From: Candidatus Levybacteria bacterium GW2011_GWA1_37_16
GTDB taxonomy: Bacteria; Patescibacteriota; Microgenomatia; Levybacterales; UBA12049
Length of the DNA stretch: 58,242 nucleotides
Direction of reading: 5' to 3'
Assembly (NCBI GenBank): GCA_943354875.1
Contig: CALRDJ010000001.1
Coordinates: 1 to 58,242, forward strand
The notes beneath the pieces were generated by a model. The model was not told the DNA's origin. It was given only the letters and a program-made list of their open reading frames with translations, and ran no database searches. This document shows positions 1-9,252 of this stretch, one piece after another (position 1 is the stretch's first letter; every line of letters begins with the position of its first letter). The position numbers were made by a program, and so were the translations under genes.

Positions 1-21
1 CCTCCCCATTTATTCACTCGA

Positions 22-1137
22 TCATATACGAGTGCAACTTTCATATAACGCAACTGTTTCTTTCGCTTGCTTTTCCCACGAGAAAGCTCTTGAACGCTTC
101 TGACCACCTATTATATACGATTTAAAACTATCTTGGGGTGAAACTATGACATGCTGCATTTTCTCAGCTAACTCCAACATACTTCCGCTCTTAAAATATA
201 AAACGTTTTCTGCGCCAATTTCCTTAAAAACTGGTATGTCCGAAGCAATTACGAGACACTTACTATTCATGGCCTCCAAGAGTGGCAAGCCGAATCCTTC
301 CATCCTCGACGGACATACGAGTGCCCATGCATGACCATACAAATATGATAACTCTTCGTCTGACACTTCACCGAGAAATACTACTGAATCTACTAAACCT
401 AGTTTATTAACAAGTTTCCTTATCTTGCTTTGAAAATAGTCTTCTTTTCCGACAAAAACCATCTTCACTCCAGCTCCACCATGAGTAATCTCAGAAAATG
501 CATGAAGCAAAAGACTGACGTTTTTATGTGGATACATATTTCCTACATACAAAAAATAGCTTTCCAATCTTTCAAGAGCTGTTCTTATTTTAGCTTTACC
601 CTCTCGCACTTGCTCGACTCCTTCATAAATGACCGATATTTTTCCAGAATCCACTTTCAAATGATCGAGTATCTCGCTCTTTGTAGACTCCGAAACTGCG
701 ATAATCCTTTGCGCATTCTCTGCTGCTTTTTGGGTGACATATTTATAACCCAAAAGCTTTGCCTCATAAAACAATTTTGGCAACGTTGACGCCTCTCCGG
801 TGGGATAGTTATGAAGAATAAGATCATGAATAGTCACCACATATGGATTTCCATACCTGATGGGTACTGAGAAATATGGAAAATGAACAAGATCGAAGTT
901 AAATTTATTCAACAACTTTGGAAACTCGAGCTGCTCCTGAAGCGAATGCCAACGAAAATCAGCCAATTTTTTCTCAAACTTACCTTTTGGAATTTGTACA
1001 GTTAAAAATTCATTTGACCTAAAAAAAAGCGTATACTCATTTTTACTATCTACTTTAGACAGCTCCCATACGAGGTTGCGAATATATCGCCCCACACCTG
1101 TCTCATTCCACAGTCTACAATCTATCGCTATTTTCAT
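22..1137 (-). CDS. GT4-family (GT-B fold) glycosyltransferase
   Basis: ORF 22..1188. Donor-domain E-x7-E motif EGFGLPLLEAM. N-terminus MKIAIDC aligns with the other GT4 N-termini in the window. Start moved to ATG 1137, which has AAGGAG upstream and an ATGA overlap with the stop of the upstream gene. Confidence 0.85.
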   Translation of the reverse strand: MKIAIDCRLWNETGVGRYIRNLVWELSKVDSKNEYTLFFRSNEFLTVQIPKGKFEKKLADFRWHSLQEQLEFPKLLNKFNFDLVHFPYFSVPIRYGNPYVVTIHDLILHNYPTGEASTLPKLFYEAKLLGYKYVTQKAAENAQRIIAVSESTKSEILDHLKVDSGKISVIYEGVEQVREGKAKIRTALERLESYFLYVGNMYPHKNVSLLLHAFSEITHGGAGVKMVFVGKEDYFQSKIRKLVNKLGLVDSVVFLGEVSDEELSYLYGHAWALVCPSRMEGFGLPLLEAMNSKCLVIASDIPVFKEIGAENVLYFKSGSMLELAEKMQHVIVSPQDSFKSYIIGGQKRSRAFSWEKQAKETVALYESCTRI

Positions 1138-2018
1138 ACTGTTTTCTCCTTCATAGATATACCCACCATGACCAATTTTGTTATCCAAGATGGATATTTT
1201 TTTTTATAGTGTTTTTTATAAAAAATTCGCATAGCATCAAAACGGGCTTTTTGACTTCGTTTTTTTGTTTCTTCATCAGCAGTAGTAATCTTTTTCGATA
1301 CATCCTTAATTCCTCCTGCTACTCCTTTATAATGCAATATGGAAACTGAAGGAACGAAATAAATCTTCCATCCTTTTTCTTTTAACTCAAAGCAAAAATC
1401 CAAGTCTTCTCCATAAAAAAAATAGTCTTCATCCCACCAACCTATTTCTTCTCCAGCCTTCTTACGCGCTATCATAAATGCTCCAGCACAGGAATCAATC
1501 TCATGAATCTTATTCAGATCTTTAAAGCCCAAATTATATCCATTAAATATTGTTGATTCAGAAAAAATTTTAGAAATACCGGTGAAATGAGCAAATGAAT
1601 TCCAGGGTGTGGGAAATCCTCGGTGCGATGCATCATCAAGTTCTCCACTGGGCAATTCCACTCGACATGTAGCTACTCCTGCAGATGTATATGTATCCAT
1701 AAAATCAACCATTTTTTGTAAAGTATTTTTTCTTATTTCAGTATCAGGATTAAGGAACAGAATATACTTTCCACTCGCCTGGCGAATGCCTATATTATTT
1801 GCCTTAGAAAACCCTACATTTTCTTTATTTAAGATTAACTTAAAATTTGAGACTGGATACTTCGAGCCTGGAATGGTTTCTACGACTCCATCAGTTGAGT
1901 TGTTATCCACGACGATAATTTCAATTTTCAAACTTTTTCCATGCTCGAAAATTGAATCAACACACTTTTTTAAAAACTCTTTTGTATTATAAGAAACAAT
2001 GATAATTGATAAATCCAT
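1134..2018 (-). CDS. GT2-family (GT-A fold) glycosyltransferase, WbbL/rhamnosyltransferase-like
   Basis: IIIVSYNTKEFL...VVDNNSTDG, LNPDTE acidic motif, YGEDLDFCFELKEKGWKIYF. The ATG lies 3 nt after the upstream stop. Confidence 0.85.
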   Translation of the reverse strand: MDLSIIIVSYNTKEFLKKCVDSIFEHGKSLKIEIIVVDNNSTDGVVETIPGSKYPVSNFKLILNKENVGFSKANNIGIRQASGKYILFLNPDTEIRKNTLQKMVDFMDTYTSAGVATCRVELPSGELDDASHRGFPTPWNSFAHFTGISKIFSESTIFNGYNLGFKDLNKIHEIDSCAGAFMIARKKAGEEIGWWDEDYFFYGEDLDFCFELKEKGWKIYFVPSVSILHYKGVAGGIKDVSKKITTADEETKKRSQKARFDAMRIFYKKHYKKKYPSWITKLVMVGISMKEKTV

Positions 2019-2021
2019 AAT

Positions 2022-3239
2022 CTAACGAATAACCGAACTATAAACTTTTTCCAACTTTTCTACAATAGCGTCCCAGTTATAATTTTTTCGAACTAAATCT
2101 GACCCATTTTCGGAGAGCATGTTGTATAGTTTTTTATTAGTCAAAAGCTCCAAAACCTCAGCCGCTAACTCTTCTGAAGTATTACCAATTAACGCATGCT
2201 CTTTATCCTTCCCTATAACTCCCTCAATACCCAGAGATGTAGTAACCACGGGTAGACCACTTGCCATAGATTCTAAAATTTTATAACTCGTGCCTGCTCC
2301 TACACGAATAGGTGCCAATAATGCGAAACTTCTAGAAAATATTTCTGCGGTATTAACTGGGGCATTCTCGTCAAATAGTACTGAGTCGTCATTTGATAGT
2401 GCTTTAATCTCAGCAGGAATACTCCGCCCTACGATCCACAATTTCAATATGCCATTTTTTATCTGCCATTTACTCATAATTCGTGGCCAGATGTCTTTCA
2501 AGATAAATTCCACTGCATCTCTATTTTGTATCCATTTAAAATCTCCAATAAATAATATTCTTTTTTCGTCAATTTTTAATTTTTCCCGCCCCGCTTCGCC
2601 TGCCGAAGAACTTCTCATCTTGAACTTCGTCGTATCTACTCCATTTGGCACTACTACAGCATCGTCCCTATTCATGAGTTTTTTTTCTTCCTCAGAAACT
2701 GCCACAAGCCTATCTGCTTTTTTCCAGAAATATTTCTCCCATTTCTTTATTTTTGCAATATCTATGGACAGAAATGGCCTTAATAAAGGATTAGCATGAT
2801 TTGCATATCGCTCGTAAACGAGATATTCGATGTTGTGCTCTACCAAAACCACAGGTGGCAATCCTGACATATTCATAGGAAGATTGTGCATCACATAAAA
2901 TGTCTCTACATGGATAATATCGTAATTATTTTTTAACTCAGAGTTAATAGCTTCTCCCAAAGCGCTATTTGCATGTCCAGCCAGAAGAAATGGATATGAG
3001 GAAAATCCAGTTTTAAGAATTGTACTAAGAGACCATTGCGTATTTCGAGGGACAGCAATTACTTTTTTACAAATCTTTTGCAGTGCCTCAACATCTTCTT
3101 TTTTCTGATGTGATCTTTTTTCACAAATTAACGTAATCTCGTGTTTTTTAGACAGTAGTTTTAGGATATTATACAGACGAATATGTCCACCAGAAAATAG
3201 TGGGTATGGAAGGTACGATGAGACTACTAAAATTTTCAT
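2022..3239 (-). CDS. GT4-family glycosyltransferase
   Basis: N-domain MKILVVSSYLPYPLFSGGHIR. Donor-domain motif GAGTSYKILESMASGLPVVTT. 4-nt overlap with the upstream gene. Confidence 0.85.
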   Translation of the reverse strand: MKILVVSSYLPYPLFSGGHIRLYNILKLLSKKHEITLICEKRSHQKKEDVEALQKICKKVIAVPRNTQWSLSTILKTGFSSYPFLLAGHANSALGEAINSELKNNYDIIHVETFYVMHNLPMNMSGLPPVVLVEHNIEYLVYERYANHANPLLRPFLSIDIAKIKKWEKYFWKKADRLVAVSEEEKKLMNRDDAVVVPNGVDTTKFKMRSSSAGEAGREKLKIDEKRILFIGDFKWIQNRDAVEFILKDIWPRIMSKWQIKNGILKLWIVGRSIPAEIKALSNDDSVLFDENAPVNTAEIFSRSFALLAPIRVGAGTSYKILESMASGLPVVTTSLGIEGVIGKDKEHALIGNTSEELAAEVLELLTNKKLYNMLSENGSDLVRKNYNWDAIVEKLEKVYSSVIR

Positions 3240-4669
3240 GGATGAGACCGCAGATCAAATAATATGTAGTCCTTAGAGCTGGAGACAATTTTGTATGTCT
3301 TACCGAAATCAAAATCTTTGGGATTTGTATTGAGTAACACCAAGTAGTCTGCGCCCAACTCTATCATCTCTGGCAAGGGATGCTCGAAGCTTGCCCAGCC
3401 ACTTCGACGCGTCTGATACAGAAATGACGTATCTCCGTCATACGGCACTATCACTTTCGCATCTTTCGGAATGAGTGCGTCTACTGCCTTACCGGTGCGA
3501 ACAATTGCTTCATTATTAATGTTGAAATAATCACGGACGTAATACCAACCGAAAAAGACACTAAATGCCGTAATTACAAAAATTAAACTATATGCTATCA
3601 ATTTATTTTTTTGTATATCCAAGATCGTCTGTACCCCTATTCCCATAAACATTGCAAGCGTTGGAATAATCAAGATTTGATAATAATCATGCTGAACATT
3701 TCCTCTTGCAATAACAGTCATATAGATTAAAGAGGAGACAAGAAAGGAATATATAACAAGTATTTTTTTATCTTTTAACGGATATAAAAACCCTGCTACG
3801 AGGAACCCCAAGCCCCAATATCCTGCTATGAGTCGCCCTATGCGATCTGCGAACAGCCAATAGAAAAACGCCCCTTTAAATCTAATCTCTCCACCATTTA
3901 GGAGCCATGCACTCACCGGTATCCCCTCAGGAAACTGCTGCATCCATAAACGCCAAGCCAGAAGTGGGATCACAGCCAGAACTGCAATAAAAACCAGTTC
4001 CCATCTTTTCCATATCCCCCACCCATATCTATTCCATGCCATCACCAAAAGCGGTACCATGAAGAACAGCGCATACGGTTTTATCAGAAAAGAAGCTGAG
4101 ATGAAAAATAATGCAAGCAAGCCATAGATCCACTTATTTTTTTTCGTTGTATCGAGCCATTTGTCGAAAAAGTATGTTCCCGAAAGTACCATGGTCGTCA
4201 TGGAAACATCGGGCAAAAGCGTTCTACTATAGTAGATGCTATAAGGAAGAAAAAGATAGAAGAAAGCAGCAGAAATACCTGCTACATCTGATATATATTT
4301 TCGAAGAATTAAGTACAACATGAACCCTGAAAAAAGTGACGCAAAAATATTTACCAACCTGCCCCACTCCTCAATGGTAAAATGATGGAAAACAACAAAT
4401 AGACCAGCCTGAGCAATATTATAGAGAGGAAACTCTACAAATCGATACCCAAACGGATTTTCCAAGCCTGAAGGAACATTCGATAAGTCGTCAAAACGAG
4501 GATGTAAAATATCAAAACCGTGGTCTACAAAATTACGAGAAACTGCAGAGGTGTCTGCTTGACGCCACGAATGCCAATCAGCTATAGGGTTATCGAATCG
4601 ATATAGCCTGACTATAAATCCGAACGTAAAAATAAGTACCAATACTATAACTTGTAATTTCTTCATCAC
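3236..4669 (-). CDS. GT-C fold membrane glycosyltransferase, PMT_2/ArnT-like (GT39/GT83-like)
   Basis: Many hydrophobic segments. First-loop sequence RLYRFDNPIADWHSWRQADT is typical of lipid-carrier-dependent ArnT/PMT-like transferases. Soluble C-terminal tail. Confidence 0.7.
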   Translation of the reverse strand: MMKKLQVIVLVLIFTFGFIVRLYRFDNPIADWHSWRQADTSAVSRNFVDHGFDILHPRFDDLSNVPSGLENPFGYRFVEFPLYNIAQAGLFVVFHHFTIEEWGRLVNIFASLFSGFMLYLILRKYISDVAGISAAFFYLFLPYSIYYSRTLLPDVSMTTMVLSGTYFFDKWLDTTKKNKWIYGLLALFFISASFLIKPYALFFMVPLLVMAWNRYGWGIWKRWELVFIAVLAVIPLLAWRLWMQQFPEGIPVSAWLLNGGEIRFKGAFFYWLFADRIGRLIAGYWGLGFLVAGFLYPLKDKKILVIYSFLVSSLIYMTVIARGNVQHDYYQILIIPTLAMFMGIGVQTILDIQKNKLIAYSLIFVITAFSVFFGWYYVRDYFNINNEAIVRTGKAVDALIPKDAKVIVPYDGDTSFLYQTRRSGWASFEHPLPEMIELGADYLVLLNTNPKDFDFGKTYKIVSSSKDYILFDLRSHP

Positions 4670-4676
4670 ACATTAA

Positions 4677-7600
4677 TTAAGGTTTTACCGGTACAATCTC
4701 GCCAGTTTTTATCTTGGTCAATTCAGTTAGGCTACCATTCTCATTGAACTGCAAAACTCTTCCGAGATTTGTACCTTTTATGGAAAAGGCTTCTTCTGGA
4801 GAACCTACTTGATAAATAATCATGTCCTTATCCTGAAACACAAGCCAAACCGCGTCAGAAAGACCAACTGGAAATAACCAAGCATCACCATTTCTGATCG
4901 GCACATTCACAAAATATAATGTCTCTGTCTCTTCTTTAGGATATCTGGCATATGTATAGTTTATGGACGAGAGGAAATTCTGAGCTTTTAGCCCTGCACC
5001 TGCCCAATCCGCCTGCAATTTTTGTAGCTGAAAAAGCTGAAGAGATGAAAAGAGAATCACCACGAAAATAACCACTGAAACAGCTATTTGCCTACCATTT
5101 ATCAACAGATGCTCGTACATTTTTCTTAAAAATACTATAAGAATTAACACAAAACCGAAAGATGCCAAATAACTATAACGAGCGGTAATATTTCCCAGTC
5201 CTAGGAATGGCAAAAGGGCTATGATGAAAAATAGCAATCCGAAAACAATAACTCTCTTATCATCTTGAGATAGTTTTGCCATAAGTACTTGATATAATTT
5301 TATCGAACCAATTACGATACAGATCATTATTAAAGCAGTGATAAAGAAATGAACTTTAGATATACTTCTTAACTTCTCAAAAAGCGGTAAAGACGAAGGA
5401 CCTAATAGAGCAAGGGTAAAGTAGCCGATACTATTTCCTATCGTATTAAATGGTAATTTTAAGATATTGTAACTATAGTCTCCGTTAAACCAATGACTGT
5501 TTGAAAATAAACGAAGTATAAAATAAGGAAGAAGTGGAGAAAACAAAATTAAATAGGTTCTTTTCTGCATCAGTGCATTCCTCAACGATTTCTCGATAAA
5601 CACTACGTCATAAAGTACTAATAGAAGCGGCGCTACCACACCAAGTTCGTGAAACAAAGTGGCGATAAAAAGAGATAGAACGGTCAATACTAAATAAATG
5701 CTTTTCTTTTTTTCTTTCCAAAGGGCATAAAGTACCAAACTCAACAATATGAAAACCGCATTAAAAAGATGGCCTGTTCCTGATGTCCATAAAATTAGCT
5801 CCGAAGGCCCACTCAGTATAAGAAATAATACTGCAGCGCTTACTGAGAGAAATACGCTCTTCAATACTTTTATTCCGAGCATAAAGATAAGAACTAAGGT
5901 AGCAAACGCAAGACTGAGAGAAACGAAGTGATATATGGTTTGATTTAACCAAAAAAATGAATACATGAGATCAAAGTAAACCTTAGTTCCAGGACGATAG
6001 AAAAACCCATCTGATTGGATAAAATAATGGGTAAGGGTAGAGAGTGAGCTACATGAACCACAATCAGCAGCCCACCTAAGCCAAGTAAAATCATCTCCCA
6101 CAAAGTAATTTGATGTAGTCTGTGAATATAAAATAAAGGTTAAAAGAAATAAATATATAACTATTGCTAATTTTGAAATTATAATTTTCTTAATTTCCTC
6201 AAGAATATCAAGATCTTTATCTTTATATAAATTCACAAGTCCCATAACTACTCCAGTAAGCATCCAATACACAAATGCCACTTTCGATGCCTCAAAGACA
6301 TCGATGAGCACTGCATTAAGAGCTAACCCTACTGTTCCAGCAGCAAAGCCGACCATGAAACTTTTCGCAACTGGATCATCTACTCGCGGAAGGACTTTCT
6401 TAATAGATATACCGACTATGAGAAATATTGAAGCAAACGAAATAAAACCTAAAATTCCTGACTCTCCTAAGATACGGAGATAATCATTGTCTACGGCCAA
6501 ACTTACTGACCCATATCCGCTTCCGAGCAGTATATTTCTATTAAAAGCTGCGATCGTACGTGGCCATTCTCCCTGAGTTCGCGTAGTGAATGAAAGATCG
6601 TAGGCTTTCGCTTTTTTTATGATAAATTCACCGTCAAAATAACTGATTCGCGCAGAAGTCGTACTAGGCTGATTCGGTCTTTCTTGAAAAAATTCTTTTA
6701 ATGTTTCCCTAACTGGTGAAAGCGGTAAGTTAATATAACTTGATCCCTGGGGAAGACTTTCTCCGTTTGAATTGCTGGGAATTACGATCAATGCGGCCTC
6801 TTCTGGCAAATTAGCATAAGCCACTATAGCAGAAGAACTAGCTATCAATGGGTCACGATCACCTACGGCCTGTTTTACGACTACTTTATCTTTAAAATAC
6901 TCTTTCTGTACTTTTTTTACCTGGCCGATCGTAACTCCCGTCCGTGCATCAAGAAGCACATCGACTTCCGTAACAGTACTATTAAATCTCTGCAAGAGAC
7001 TCGGGAAGAAAATAAGAAAAAATATCGTCAAAACTCCCAGAGACAGAAGAACTAGTTTTTTCTTTTGGATGATAAGTAGCATAAGAAGTGCTACTAAAAG
7101 TACTACTACTGACACGCGAGAAACTGTCATAAAAAGCAGAGCAAAACCGAGTGCTGAAGCAATCAGAAGTAGCGCTTTTGCCAGTAAATTTTTAAATCCA
7201 AATACTAAACTTACTGTTATCGGTATAATGAGGACTAAATATGCAGCCAAATCATATTGACCACCAAACGTAGATGGAACTCTGGATAACTGAGATAATC
7301 GAATAGGAATTCCCTTTGCAAACTCCTCATTCATAGTCAAATACGCAGGAAATCCTAAATACTTCTGACCAAATCCATACCCCACAACTCCCATAAGCAC
7401 GAATGATAGTAAAACAGCCACGTGCGATATAAACTTTTTATCCTTCATACCAGAATAGGCGATAAAAAAGAGCGACATATATTCTATACGCCTCAGGAGA
7501 CTGAGAAAAGCAACGTTGGAGAATACATTTGAAATGGTCGGAAAAATAAGAAGAACCCCGTGAAGTGTGGCAATACCTCCTATGATCCAGAAAATCAAAA

Positions 7601-7823
7601 TCGGCATTGTCAAAGGAGTTTTGATCGATATTTTTTTTCTAAAAAATAAAAACAGCCAAAGAGCTATCACTAAAACGACCAGAAAGTCTTCTGCGCGTAT
7701 ATATACCCATGTATTTTGTATGTCGATGATGGGAAGCTTCGGATACAGAGGAATAAATGCGAGAAGAAAAAGAGTAAATACAAACAAAATATTCTCAGAG
7801 AAAAAATGCACTATTTTTTTCAT
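4677..7823 (-). CDS. Fusion membrane protein: N-terminal O-antigen-ligase-like (Wzy_C) domain plus C-terminal second polytopic GT-C-like domain
   Basis: 1048 aa. Wzy_C-like core LLFMTVSRVSVVVLLVALL and closing motif LLGSGYGSVSLAVDNDYLRILGESGILGF. The second half starts with a TM helix followed by YFVGDDFTWLRW...FFYRP, a motif shared with ORFs 21134..24007 and 46838..48517. Confidence 0.6.
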   Translation of the reverse strand: MKKIVHFFSENILFVFTLFLLAFIPLYPKLPIIDIQNTWVYIRAEDFLVVLVIALWLFLFFRKKISIKTPLTMPILIFWIIGGIATLHGVLLIFPTISNVFSNVAFLSLLRRIEYMSLFFIAYSGMKDKKFISHVAVLLSFVLMGVVGYGFGQKYLGFPAYLTMNEEFAKGIPIRLSQLSRVPSTFGGQYDLAAYLVLIIPITVSLVFGFKNLLAKALLLIASALGFALLFMTVSRVSVVVLLVALLMLLIIQKKKLVLLSLGVLTIFFLIFFPSLLQRFNSTVTEVDVLLDARTGVTIGQVKKVQKEYFKDKVVVKQAVGDRDPLIASSSAIVAYANLPEEAALIVIPSNSNGESLPQGSSYINLPLSPVRETLKEFFQERPNQPSTTSARISYFDGEFIIKKAKAYDLSFTTRTQGEWPRTIAAFNRNILLGSGYGSVSLAVDNDYLRILGESGILGFISFASIFLIVGISIKKVLPRVDDPVAKSFMVGFAAGTVGLALNAVLIDVFEASKVAFVYWMLTGVVMGLVNLYKDKDLDILEEIKKIIISKLAIVIYLFLLTFILYSQTTSNYFVGDDFTWLRWAADCGSCSSLSTLTHYFIQSDGFFYRPGTKVYFDLMYSFFWLNQTIYHFVSLSLAFATLVLIFMLGIKVLKSVFLSVSAAVLFLILSGPSELILWTSGTGHLFNAVFILLSLVLYALWKEKKKSIYLVLTVLSLFIATLFHELGVVAPLLLVLYDVVFIEKSLRNALMQKRTYLILFSPLLPYFILRLFSNSHWFNGDYSYNILKLPFNTIGNSIGYFTLALLGPSSLPLFEKLRSISKVHFFITALIMICIVIGSIKLYQVLMAKLSQDDKRVIVFGLLFFIIALLPFLGLGNITARYSYLASFGFVLILIVFLRKMYEHLLINGRQIAVSVVIFVVILFSSLQLFQLQKLQADWAGAGLKAQNFLSSINYTYARYPKEETETLYFVNVPIRNGDAWLFPVGLSDAVWLVFQDKDMIIYQVGSPEEAFSIKGTNLGRVLQFNENGSLTELTKIKTGEIVPVKP

Positions 7824-8671
7824 AAAACGTTCAATGATCTTTTATATGTAGAGATAAGATAAGTATCGCGAGTAATATGCCCAATTGCAATGGCAATTAT
7901 CGCCTTACAAATTAAAAATAATCTTACAACATAATATTCTACCATGCTTTTATGTTTTAAGAAAAAATAAGAAATACCTGCATAGATATTCACAATCGCA
8001 AATGTCCTACTTGAACTTCCTTGACCGACGTGAACAACTCGTGCCGAGGGAAAGTACTTAACTCTCATTCCAAGCCTATGAACCCTGAAGCAGAACTCCA
8101 TATCTTCTACGTACATAAAAAAATGCTCGTCAAAACCCTCTAGTTTCCCAAACAGATCAGATTTCACAGCCATAAACCCTCCACTCACCCAATCAACTAA
8201 CTGAGTCTTTTGCATTACGGATATCATATTTTCTCGTTGTTTTCCAAAAAACAAAATTTTAACCACTGTCCAGACAGAATAAAAACTGCCGAATGATTTT
8301 TGAATCGTTTTATTTTCATTTTCTAGTACCCCACCCAACACGCCGAGAGATTCTTCTTCCCGTAAGAGCTCTATCATCTCAGCAATACCATTATCCAGAA
8401 GTTGAGTATCAGAATTGAGAAATATCAAATACTGACCCTTAGCCACTTTCGAGGCGGTATTATTTGCCTTCGCAAAACCAAGATTAGTATCGTTTTCTAT
8501 AAGGATTGCCTCTTTAAACTTTGACCTGACCATTTCTATGGAACCATCAACTGAAGCATTATCAACTACAATAAGCTCAAAATTAAGGGTCTTGAGGTAC
8601 TTATATAAAGAAGACAGACAAGACTCCAGCAGCTTTTTGGTGTTATATGAGACTACAATTACCGAAACCAT
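7820..8671 (-). CDS. GT2-family glycosyltransferase
   Basis: VSVIVVSYNTKKLL...VVDNASVDGS, LNSDTQ, YVEDMEFCFRVHRLGMRVKYF. Paralog of 1134..2018. Confidence 0.85.
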   Translation of the reverse strand: MVSVIVVSYNTKKLLESCLSSLYKYLKTLNFELIVVDNASVDGSIEMVRSKFKEAILIENDTNLGFAKANNTASKVAKGQYLIFLNSDTQLLDNGIAEMIELLREEESLGVLGGVLENENKTIQKSFGSFYSVWTVVKILFFGKQRENMISVMQKTQLVDWVSGGFMAVKSDLFGKLEGFDEHFFMYVEDMEFCFRVHRLGMRVKYFPSARVVHVGQGSSSRTFAIVNIYAGISYFFLKHKSMVEYYVVRLFLICKAIIAIAIGHITRDTYLISTYKRSLNVL

Positions 8672-9252
8672 CGTGCACGTCCGAGCTTATAATGGGGATC
8701 TTTTAAAGCCCGCTCTCCTATTTCTTTTGCTGGCACACCACCAACGATAGCAAATTCGGCAACATCCTTGGCAACTACTGCACCCGCAGCAACCACAGCG
8801 CCTTTTCCTATTGTTACCCCAGCCTGAATAATGGCTCGAGGACCGATAAATACATAGTCATGAATAATGACTGGCTCTGTAATAGGCGCAAAGCTTTCAC
8901 TCTGAAGGTCATGCTCGGATGTATAAATCATAACCTCCGATGCTATATCAACATGATTTCCGATATGAAGTTTTCCTCTTCCATCAAGGACTGCACCTTC
9001 TCCAATTATCGTATCGCTACCAATGGATATATTTCCAAGCGTGTAAAATACAGCCCCCATATGAATAGTCGAGCTGCTATCAATCCTAATACCGATCAAC
9101 TGATAGACCAACCGACGAATAGGATAGATAGGTATGTATCCGACTAAATGAACCAGGTATAAGATAAGTTCGATCAATATATTTACAACTCTATTGATTC
9201 CTTTTCGAAATACCTGTTCGGATGTTAACTCATTTCCCATTTTATCTTTCAT
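8659..9252 (-). CDS. Hexapeptide-repeat (left-handed beta-helix) sugar O-acetyltransferase, WcaF/LacA-like, with N-terminal TM helix
   Basis: Repeats IGSDTIIGEGAVLDGRGKLHIGNHVDIASEV and VFIGPRAIIQAGVTIGKGAVVAAGAVV. Hydrophobic N-terminus NILIELILYLVHLVGYIPIY. Confidence 0.8.
   Translation of the reverse strand: MKDKMGNELTSEQVFRKGINRVVNILIELILYLVHLVGYIPIYPIRRLVYQLIGIRIDSSSTIHMGAVFYTLGNISIGSDTIIGEGAVLDGRGKLHIGNHVDIASEVMIYTSEHDLQSESFAPITEPVIIHDYVFIGPRAIIQAGVTIGKGAVVAAGAVVAKDVAEFAIVGGVPAKEIGERALKDPHYKLGRARWFR

Noticed and set aside
1134..1136. Alternative genetic code (UGA recoded as Gly or Trp, as in some CPR lineages).
   Set aside because: TGA acts as a genuine stop at several tightly coupled junctions (22..24, 1134..1136 with the ATGA overlap, 42444..42446). 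Long ORFs with complete domains are obtained with the standard code.
1197..1205. Homopolymeric A/T runs of 8-9 nt inside glycosyltransferase and membrane-protein genes as possible slipped-strand phase-variation switches. Examples are T9 at 1197..1205, T9 near 12750..12758 and the A7-G-A8 run near 45746..45761.
   Set aside because: The runs encode Lys-Lys-Lys stretches, which are expected in an AT-rich, Lys-rich proteome. They are scattered rather than concentrated near 5-prime ends, and all genes are currently in frame. Only population-level read heterogeneity could revive the idea.
2290..2799. Long antisense ORFs inside real genes. Examples are 2290..2799 (169 aa), 1609..1992, 430..789, 13259..13612, 16088..16426, 36411..36746 and 50402..50698.
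   Set aside because: Each lies wholly within a longer ORF that has clear family motifs on the other strand. Their translations are Ser/Phe/Leu/Ile-rich low-complexity mirror images of Lys/Glu/Asn-rich genes. No start context or recognisable motif is present. I treat them as shadow ORFs.
5749..5952. Pair of mutually overlapping small ORFs, 5749..5931 (+) and 5761..5952 (-), as a possible toxin-antitoxin or small-protein locus.
   Set aside because: Both lie inside the 1048-aa membrane-protein gene in other frames. They have no start context and low-complexity translations, so they are considered frame noise.
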